The notes under the pieces were generated by a model, which saw only the letters and a program-made list of their open reading frames with translations, did no database searches and was not told the origin of the DNA. Positions 54,166-64,000 of a DNA stretch of 64,000 bases are shown piece after piece (position 1 is the stretch's first letter; the number at the start of each line of letters is the position of its first letter). The translations under genes and the position numbers were made by a program. The DNA is from Chrysomallon squamiferum (lineage: Eukaryota > Animalia > Mollusca). The stretch is from positions 21,452,001 to 21,516,000 of the forward strand of contig CM022671.1 of NCBI GenBank assembly GCA_012295275.1, given 5' to 3'.

Positions 54166-54435
54166 ATGGCTGACCGGAAGCCCGTGATTAAAAATGCAGA
54201 CATGGCAGATGAAATGCAACAGGACTCTGTGGAACTCGCCACTACGGCTTTAGAGAAATACAATATTGAAAAGGACATCGCCGCTTACATCAAAAAGGAA
54301 TTTGATAAGAAGTATTCGCCGACTTGGCATTGCATCGTGGGCCGAAATTTTGGCAGTTACGTCACACACGAAACAAAGAATTTCATATATTTTTACCTTG
54401 GACAAGTAGCCATCTTGTTATTTAAATCCGGCTGA
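54166..54435 (+). CDS. DYNLL: Dynein light chain LC8 (DYNLL1/2 family)
   Basis: 89-aa [23 protein letters not shown]...[46 protein letters not shown]; probable non-coding first exon ending at donor GTAAGT 53357 and acceptor at ~54151. Confidence 0.98.
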   Translation: MADRKPVIKNADMADEMQQDSVELATTALEKYNIEKDIAAYIKKEFDKKYSPTWHCIVGRNFGSYVTHETKNFIYFYLGQVAILLFKSG

Positions 54436-54767
54436 AGTTGCCAGATATTACATATAAACATTTCTAAGGATATTTTACAATATGCTTATATTTAGCTTGG
54501 CTGATCTGTGCTTAGACGATTATTATTATACAGGTCCAGCAGAGAGACAACAGCACTGACAATTACTTGACTGTCATAAGCCTGTACTACGCTTGTTTAT
54601 TATTAAACTGTATAATATCTTATTTGTGTTGATTTATTCTAAGCTTTATTTTAAAATGCTATCTTTTGAGACAAACAATAAAACAAATATAATACGTGTT
54701 AATATTTTTATATTTCCGCGAGAGAAAATGCAAAAGTAAGATTTATATAATTAATTTATTTAAAAAG

Positions 54768-54802
<35 letters not shown>

Positions 54803-54877
54803 TAAGGTGTATCAATTACAATGACGAATTAATATCGTATCAATCTCCTTTAACAAAAAGGGAAAGACAACACCAAT

Positions 54878-55102
54878 CAGTGGCGTGCAGAGGGGAGGCC
54901 GAAGGGGCGGTGGCCCCGGGCATCCAATCAGAGAAAAGAACTTAATAAATTTGGTTGATTTATATTTAAATCGAATGAAGTGTTTATTTGATATTTCATC
55001 TATGTTTACGTATTCAAAATATCTTTCTTCGTCATATTTCTCAGTACTAGGCCTTATAACTGAGACTTTGCGGCATACAATCAAAGAGTTGGCACGCGAC
55101 TG
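54878..55102. mobile_element. hAT-type MITE (225 bp)
   Basis: TIRs CAGTGGCGTGC / CAGTCGCGTGC (reverse complement); perfect 8-bp TSD ACACCAAT at 54870-54877 and 55103-55110. Confidence 0.9.
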
Positions 55103-55458
55103 ACACCAATGAATATGGTAGATGTGTTTTTGAGAAATGAATTCCTACTGAAAAAAAAAAAAAGAAGAAGAAAAAAAGCCTTTATTCTATTAATAAAACT
55201 TTGTGTGTAACTTTCCAGAATCCGAGAATAAAAATATTTCTAAATTTTGAAAGTCCTCTATCGGCACGTTTCTAGGAATGACGTTTAAGATAAGTCTTAT
55301 CAGATCACTGCAGCAACACTCGCGAGAGCTGGCTGGATAATGCCAGAAAATGGATGTTTTATCAGTAGTCTCGATAAGAAGGTAGAGCTTATTTCACGTT
55401 TTTCTTTTCCTCCAGACCTAATAAAACAAACTGCCGTTGTCTTGTTGAAATCATTAAG

Positions 55459-55490
<32 letters not shown>

Positions 55491-55723
55491 AATATCTACT
55501 ACATCAGTATCAACAACAATAAATTACATAAAATAAAACTGGACACATACACATTCAGACTTAATGATTGATGGCTTAAGAAACTAGGAGATAAATGAGC
55601 ATATGAAGTGTGTGTAACATATGTACATGCATATGTCAGTAAGGATATGTATTCATCAGGAACACCGTAAAACAACAACAACAAAAGAATAATGATAATA
55701 AATAAATAAATAATATGAATACT

Positions 55724-55789
<66 letters not shown>

Positions 55790-55926
55790 AGAAGAAGAAG
55801 AAGAAGAAGAAGAAGGAAATGTAGAAAACGTTCCTTAAGAATACTTTTATTGTTTTGTTTCAAAGTTTTGATTACTAGCAGTTTAGTTTCATGTGAGGGG
55901 GCGGCTAAATTCTGGAATATAATAAA

Positions 55927-55967
<41 letters not shown>

Positions 55968-57357
55968 AGCGTTTGTGAAAGGGATGGCGGGAATCGGCGT
56001 AACTGGTCCAAGTTAAATGAACGGATGGTACAGAAAATGTTCAGGGTACAAGTAATTTGAACAATGTTTAAAAATACTGCTATAAATAATTGCATCAAAT
56101 GCATTAACTATTAACAAGTTTATTTAATTAATTAAATAAAATCAAAGTGTCTGTTTAATTTATTATACAAAACGAAGTTCACTAAATAAACGGCTGGCGG
56201 ATATTGCTGCCGTTGCCTACGAATGGCGGGCGAATTCCTGTAAATCGTAAGGGATGGCCCATAGAATGTATAGCTTTGACTGTATAATTTATATACCTAA
56301 AACAATTCACTTTCAGGTTCCAGTTATCTCAGCTGCTTCACCTAAGATATACTTTATAGTTAAATAAAATGGAATTCGTATTTAGACTTAGATCCTATTT
56401 TAAGGCTTTCTCCTTATATTACAAAACCCGAAAAACGCCGAAATCTTTAAGTTTAACCCGATTCCATTCCCAAACATTTCGGTTAAAGCCTCTCAACTTG
56501 CAACAACAGTAATAATAATAATAATAAAATATTTCCTGTTGGTACTATCCTACTTCTTAATTGTACTGACCATGATATTTACTACAGATACCACCGTCCA
56601 ATATCTCCTCCAAATATGATTTAATAATAATTCACATTAAATATTTGTGATGTGCGAACGTAAACTATCTTTCAAGGGAAATAACTCCAATTTTACGACA
56701 TTACTCGAAAATATCCGAAACAAATCGGACGCCATTTTCATAAGGAAAAAATTACAAAAGTGTGGAAAATAGTATTTTAAATTATATAGGACTTGTCATT
56801 TTTTCGGTTTATTATTTCTGTAACAACCGTTAAATTATTATTGTAATACACATGTCAGGTAATTTGTTTTTAAAATGTTAAAGAAAACACAAAGCTTCTA
56901 ATGTGACAAAATTGATTATCATGTTGAACATGAGTAGGGATTATGAAATGATTGGTTTGTTATGATTGCCGGTTTATGTATTTATTTCATGAGTTTATTT
57001 TGGAAGCATTTAGGTAGTTTATACATTACCACCACTTAAGGCTGATTATTAAAAATATTATTATCAAATAAAAAACTGGAACTGATTACCTTATTGTTCA
57101 CAATTTTATTTGTTTAGTGTTTAAAATATATAATATTAAATAAATTAAATTATACCAGAAGATAAAGTTGTGATACATATTGGTTTTTTTGTTTGCTTTT
57201 TATATTATTTTAGATCCATCTTGATGCATTATGATTCCAAAAGATTTTGAATGCTTACTGAAGCTATCTGTACTGTGGTATCCTGCTGGAAGGAAACTGA
57301 TATTTTAACAATGTAATAGAACAATGAAATGATCTGATGGAATTTTGAAGGGCCAGG

Positions 57358-60300
57358 ATGGAGCCCAGTGATAAAAGTGGATATAAGAAAGAAGCAAGTG
57401 GAGAAACTAAGGATATTTGGAAAGATGGAGAAACAGATGACAATGTAAACAATGAAATTAGGAAGTCTGAAAACAAAGATGAAGGCAGGAAACCAGGAAA
57501 TGGAGAAACTTTAAAGAAAATAGGAAATAAAGATGACAGTAAGAAAAATGGTGATCGAGATGACAAAATGAAGTTAGGAGATAAATATGACAGTAGGAAA
57601 ACTGCAGAAAGGACTGGTGACAAGGATAATGGAAGGAGGTTGGGAGAGAGAGATGAAGGGAGGAGGACAGGTGGTAGGGATGAAGGAAGGAGGACTGGTG
57701 ACAGAGATGATGGAAGGAGGAATATGGATTATGAGGATGGCAGGAGGACTGGAGATAGACGTGGTCCTTCAACTAAACAAGGAGGGAGATTTTCAGGAAA
57801 AGGTGGTGGAGATGGACCTTTTGAGGGTTACAAGAATGGACGAGACAGATACATGTAAAAATTTTTTTTTTTTTTTTTCAAAAGTAAAATTCCTCTTCAT
57901 GCTCATAATTTAATGTATTATATGTTTTACTCAAAGACAACTACTGCAGTTTATTTATTTTCCTGATGTCATAAGTTCAGTTTATTTTGTTTCTGTTAAA
58001 CACCTGTATATCTGATCATTTACCTATTAATTTATTCCTTCATATATTAGTATCTTACATTATGACCTACTGGAAGCCCAAGATCAAGAATATTTTTTCA
58101 AAAATATCTGGATTAAAAAACATCCAACATAGTTAAATTCCTTAAAATCTGATCTGAGAGGTAAATAAAAAATATTTTTTAAATGTAACTAATATTGAAA
58201 CTGTTACAGTATTAGGCAATTTAGATGTTTTCTTATAATACATCTATCTTTTGTTTTGTTTTCTTACAGGAATGAAGACAGAGAAGACAGGAGAATGTCC
58301 ACCAAAACACCTGATAGGGGTGACCGTCGAGATCCAAAGAAAACTGGTAAACCTGACAGAAATGATAACAAAAAGCCCAGGTACTGAAAATTACTTTTTA
58401 ATTAGACACCAAACTTTACGTTTTTTTAAATTTTTATTATTAATTCTTTTCTGTTCTGAAAGCTACAATTTTTGTTTGACTGTACATTTAAGCACTGATT
58501 TCATATCTATGACATGTACATATTTTTTTTACATTGAAATACATCCTAAAATTTACTAAATCCTTAGATAATATCATAGTTTCTGCATATTTTGAAAATC
58601 TTTATTAAGTTGTGAAAAATGTATAATTAAACAGTTAAGTGTATCATGTCATCAGGCATATTCTTTCATAAAAGATGCTGATTAAAAAGAAGTTAAAAAT
58701 GTCTAAATAAAATTTTGTTGTAGTTGATGTTCAAGTTTGTGCTGTAAATAAATCTGTTTAGGTTGGTAAAATGATGATGTCATTGAATTAAATTTATGTA
58801 TTTGTTTTTATTTTTCAGTTTTAAAGACTCTAGAACTCCAACAAAGTATGAACAAGAGAGAAAGCTGAGAAAAGAAGAGGAGGAAAGAAAGAGGAGAGAA
58901 GATGAACAGAGGAAGAAGGATGCAGAGCAGAAGAAAAAGGCAGAAGAACAGAAAAAGAAAGAGGATGAGCAGCGTAAAAAGGAAGAAGATGAAAGAGAGC
59001 AGGAAGAAAAGAAGAAACAAGAAGAGGAAGATAGATTAAGAAAAGAAGAGGAAGACAGGGTAATTACTGAACATTTAATAACACATTTTAATTTTTGCCA
59101 TTGTTACACAATAACTTTGTTTTTTAATCATGTTATGGTAGAGGTGTTTTTCATGCACTTTTCGAATGAAAGCATAAACCACTTTTGAGATGCTGTGGTT
59201 ATGTTTGTCAACAGGGATAATTTAAAATTCTGATAAAATACATCATAAAATATTAATGTTATACAAAAGTTCAGCATATCAGACATTTGTAAAATAATAC
59301 CTTTTTTCTGTCATGGTTGCAGATGATATTTCTTAAATAGACAGTATCAAGTATGTAGAAAGTGAAGATGTATGCTTGCTAACTTATTGCATCTTCCAGT
59401 ACAAAATATTTGAAGAAATGTGTTGTTTTTACACATGTATGTTTTTATTTACTATAATGCAGAAGTTCAGATTAAAATAATATCCATATATTTTAAATAT
59501 CTTAAAAATAATATATATTTTTAATTCACTGTATATATTATTTAGATAAAAGCAGAAGAAGAAGCTCGGAAGGTCATAGAAGAAGAAAAAGTAAGTCTTG
59601 ACTGCTGTTTTCAACAAAAATCCAAAATATACTGTATATTCATCTCTAGTTCAACTTTTCCTAATAATAAATATTACAGAAATTCTGAATGAAGGCAGAG
59701 TGATATTAACTAATTGGTTTTCTTCAAATAGATGATATAATATTATATCATATGTGACAAGACTACAGTAAGAATCTAGTCCTGATGACTTGAATTATTT
59801 TGTTTAACTAGATAGCTGTTTGTTAAATCATAGCATGCATCAATTCTTGATTATCTTTACTTTGTTATCGGTAACTGTGGCTGGTGTTTGTGTTAACATG
59901 TTGTGCTCATTGTTTTCTTACAGAAAGTTTTACATGATTTCCTGGAAGAGGCTAAAGAAAAACAATTTTTCAAAACATCACTGCGCGAAAAGAACATGGT
60001 TGCTGCAGGTAGTTTATATATTTCTTAAATAGTAACTTTGAGACAACAAGTAGCAAAAGTTTAAAAAAATTTGTTTGAATATACTTCCATGTCAACATTC
60101 CAGGAATATTTGTTAATAACAGAGCATTTCAGTAAATAACAAACCCCAAAAGATACATTTTGCTTTTTTTTTTTTCAGCTCATTTTCAATACATATTTAA
60201 AAAAATAAATTTCTGTAGAAAATATTGTTAGAAAGTTTTATGAAAATACATAAAACTTTCTGTATTCAGATACAGATGACATGTTTGAGTGAATAAGTGT

Positions 60301-63241
60301 GAATGATGTTAATTTTTACATCTTACTCAAATAATGAACTGACTATTTAATTATTTTAGAAAACAGACCTGATGAAGCTTTCTTTGGTAAACTCGATTCA
60401 AGCTTGAAGAAAAACACTGCTTTTGTTCAAAAAACTGGTATGTGGGGAATCATTTTGTTAAATACATTTTTCTGCTGTTGAAATCTGTTTCCGTCATTGT
60501 AAATAACATTTATTTTTCACTCAATATAAAATGTCCTTAATGTTTAAGTAGAAAAATAATAAAATTTATTTAGCACATTAAAACTGGTCAAAAATAATTT
60601 GCATATTTTTAGATTTCACAAACAAATGTGATTAATACTTACACATGTAAGTTATAGGCACACATCATAGGCTCAAGCAAAGGCCAGAGAACATAATTTT
60701 TAAAGGGCAAAATACAATGTCAGAGGTTTACTGTTAAGTCGAGGCCTTTTTTAAAAAATTATTTTAGAGAAAAAGATGAAGATAAAACAACATTTTTTTA
60801 AATTTTATTTATAATTTTATTTTTAGCGCAATTTAACAGACTCACAGAAACAAAGCCTTGTTAAAGACTTTGAAAGTTTAAATCTTACAAAATACACTGG
60901 AGAAGCAGTGAGTATTAAAATTATCTTGTTAAAACTTTTATTGTCAGTTTAGAAATTTATATTTACTTTTGATAAGGGTAGTAAATGTAATTTAAAACAA
61001 AGAAAATTGACATTTGTATTATTAAATGCATGATTCAGTCTTTTTTTTTTTTAAGTGGCTGAAAGTACTTATGGTAGAGTGAACTCAAATTTTACATTTT
61101 TGATTGTTGTCAAGCTGTAACTCTTTTAAAAAAAAAAAAAAGACATGGCATTATTTGGCTTTCTGAAAATTTGATATTTAAAATATTAAAAGTTGTGCAT
61201 TCCAGATAAGTTGAAAGGCATAAATCTGCAAGTATTTTTGTGTATGTACGTCTCAGTGTCTGTGTACACTCATACTGGTGAAATGACATTCTGTAAATGA
61301 TAATGGAGTTTCTGTTTTGTATTCCAGGCATCTGCAATTGCTGAAGCCAAATTAAAGATGTCTGACATCCATTGTGCTGTGCAGCTGAGCAGCTTGATTC
61401 ACCAGAGATACAGCGACTTTCAGCAGGTCCTGCTTGACAACTTCCTGAAGATTCTTCTCACCAAGAAAGATGACAAAGTAGGTTTCAGAATTCTTATAGT
61501 TACTATGACTTTCAGTCATATGCAATTGTATGGAAAGACCAGGCACTGTTATTGTTTTTCTAATTCATGTATATTGGCTTGTATTTGTTATTTCTTGATT
61601 TGAGATGAATGTGATAATCCTTTTTTTAAGGCAATTTTTTTGTTGTTCTTAATATTCATTTTTACATCTTTTTATTCAGTCACATGTTATCTTGTCCTTG
61701 ATGAAACTGTTCTTTTTTTGAATCATTCGTTTGTGAAAAAGTAATGTAAGAACAACTTTATCAATAAGTAATGTTAACAAATTCCAAAACAACAGTCTTG
61801 CAGTTTTGTTTTCAAATGGATATACTGTATATAAGTATCAATATACATTCACAATAAACAGTTCTCAGATGTTCTATTTAAAATTTAGATTTGCAGTTTA
61901 ATTTGATTGGTGATAAAAACAATATTTTACTTTTTTTTTGTTCAGATAAGCAATCCAAGTAAATACAGAGTTGATCTGAGGTTTTTTGCTGATTTGATCT
62001 CTGTGGGTGTGTTTACATTAAAGGAAGGCCTTCCTATACTGGCCAATCAACTTTCATTACTCATCAACAGTGACAAAGACGATCATAATCATCTATCAAT
62101 CATTTCCAGTTTCCTAAAGCATTGTGGAGATGACTATGTTGGTTTGTTTCCACGCAGAATCAGGTAAAAACATGGAGGCTACTAGTGTTGTTTTAATTTA
62201 ACTGAGAATAAATGTTTATCTTGGTGAAAATAATGTCTGTTGTTGTTGTTGTTTTTCTTCTATTTTTTCCTTTTTAATGACTGATATACAGAGAGAAGTA
62301 AAACATTATAAACCCAGAACTTGTTTTAAATATATTTTATAAAAATGAATATGTGTGTGTGTGTATATTTTGAATTATTTTAAACTCTTACATTTCTGCT
62401 TCCATAAAAAAAACATTTTCATGTATATATATATATATATATAAAACCAGTGATAGATGTTATTTAATGTCAGTTTTATACTTTTTATTTATTTGTTTTT
62501 TGTAGAATTTTGGCTGAAAAGTATGGTGTAACAGATACAGTGAAAAGTGTGGTAGGTTATAAACATATCTTACAGTTTATTTAATCACAATTTTGTATAG
62601 GCTATTGATAGTTTTTTAAAACTAATGTTAAGAACAATTAAAATGTTATTAATATGTTTTATCTGTTGAAAAAATAACTAATAAAACAAACATAAAAAGA
62701 CAAATGAATTTAATGAAAACATTTACTTTTGCAATGAATTGTCTTGTGATTAAATTTCACATTTATTTATTTATTTATTTTTTTATTTATTTATTTATTT
62801 TTCTTAATAAATGTATTAGCTTGCTGTAATTTGTAATATATTGTATTATAAAATTGTATGTAGCTGTTAGCACCAGAACGCCAAAGAGCTTGTCGAAACC
62901 TGCTCAAGGAATATCATTCATCTCTGTCCAAACACCTGTTAAAAGCTCACAAAGATTTAAAAAATATGGAAAAACAAAACAGAAGAATTTTGCAGGTAAG
63001 ATAAATCATAATTGTCTTGTAAGCACCAGCTTTTTACATCAATGATTACCACATTGTGCAGAAAAAAATATTTTGATTATAACAGTAAGAAGTAGCTTTA
63101 TTTGTCACTGACAAGAATCTTTTTATGATTTAAAAAACAAAAAAAATATAAAAATTCATATTATTTTAAACAATATTATCCCAAACTCCAAATACTTTTT
63201 ATTTAACTTATATCTAGAGACAGATAATAATGATAATGATA

Positions 63242-63286
<45 letters not shown>

Positions 63287-63754
63287 TATTTATTATTATT
63301 ATTTTATTTTGTTTTGTTTTGTTTTGTTTTGTTTTGTTTTATTTTCAAATTCTATTTTAGACAAAGGGAGAATTAAGCAATGAAAGGAAAGAGACATATG
63401 AATCAGCTCTGAATTCATACCAGAAACTGTTCTCAAGTGCACAGACATTTGCAGTGAGTGAAATACTATAAATAATTTCTTAGATAAATATGAGTGTTAT
63501 TTTGTTCAAATGAGAAAGCAGTGTGTGCATGTGTGTGTGTGTGTGTGTGTGTGCGTGTTTGTGTGCATGTGCATGTTAGTGTGAGTGTGTTATTCTTTTA
63601 TTTGTATCTTAAACAAAAGCACACTTAAATCTCATTAATGTAAAATATTCAGGATTTACTGGATGAAGATTTGCCAGATTTACCTGAAGAGGATGCTAAG
63701 ACAGAAGAAGGGGATGGAATGTTTGATGTTTTCAATCCTATGAAAGATGGGGAG
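57358..63754 (+). CDS. UPF2: Regulator of nonsense transcripts 2 (continues beyond window)
   Basis: Phase-compatible exons from 57358-57854, 58270-58380, 58819-59059 ... 63653-63754; charged N-terminus then MIF4G-1 motifs RPDEAFFGKLDSSLKKNTAFVQKL, LNLTKYTGEAASAIAEAKLKMSD, SKYRVDLRFFADL, EKQNRRILQTKGELSNERKE, LLDEDLPDLP. Start codon choice is less certain than the identity. Confidence 0.92.
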
Positions 63755-64000
63755 GTAAGCACAATGACCATTAGTCTTTAATATGATAACTTTTTTCCCC
63801 ATCTTTGTAAATTTCAGTCAGGTTGTGGTTGAATTAACTGATACAATGTCAGAGAGATCAACTTGTTTTAAAATAAAGCTTACAGTAAATTTGTTCTTGC
63901 ACAGCTATATATTATGCTTCATATTTACGTTAATATTTTATCTTATTTTTATTCTCATAACTTTTATGTCCATAAACGCCAATGTTTCCGTAAATGACCA

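Noticed and set aside
55975-56275. GC-richer patch with GGGATGGC/ATGGCGG motifs upstream of UPF2
   Set aside because: Could be a repeat end or enhancer, but no TIR, TSD or RNA structure could be established.
57264-57913. Alternative-frame and antisense ORFs over the UPF2 first coding exon
   Set aside because: By-products of a purine-rich repetitive exon; only the 57358 frame splices into conserved UPF2.

Overview
AT-rich, intron-containing animal (invertebrate, possibly molluscan/lophotrochozoan; inference) genomic DNA, gene-dense and rich in microsatellites. Genes reconstructed by hand from splice sites, in order: EMC3 (3' part, +), a TBK1/IKK-epsilon family kinase (+), a secreted type-B carboxylesterase (+), NSRP1 (-), an unrecognised two-exon 67-aa single-pass membrane microprotein (+), TRIAP1 (-) head-to-head with GATC (+), two tandem SRSF1/SRSF9-family paralogs (both -), dynein light chain LC8 (+) and the 5' part of UPF2 (+). 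Mobile DNA: two hAT elements with TIRs and 8-bp TSDs, a Tigger/pogo element with TIRs and TA TSD, and two decayed KRBA2/Ginger-like integrase fragments. Most notable observations: (i) both SRSF1 paralogs carry GGAU-dense, splice-site-bounded non-coding segments downstream of their stop codons, suggesting duplicated splicing-coupled NMD auto/cross-regulation; (ii) TRIAP1-GATC-SRSF1/9-DYNLL order and orientation match human 12q24.31; (iii) the orphan microprotein; (iv) a dense uORF cluster in the UPF2 leader; (v) a consensus IRF element upstream of the TBK1-like gene. Exon coordinates were counted manually and may be off by a few bases; nothing was checked against databases or transcripts.
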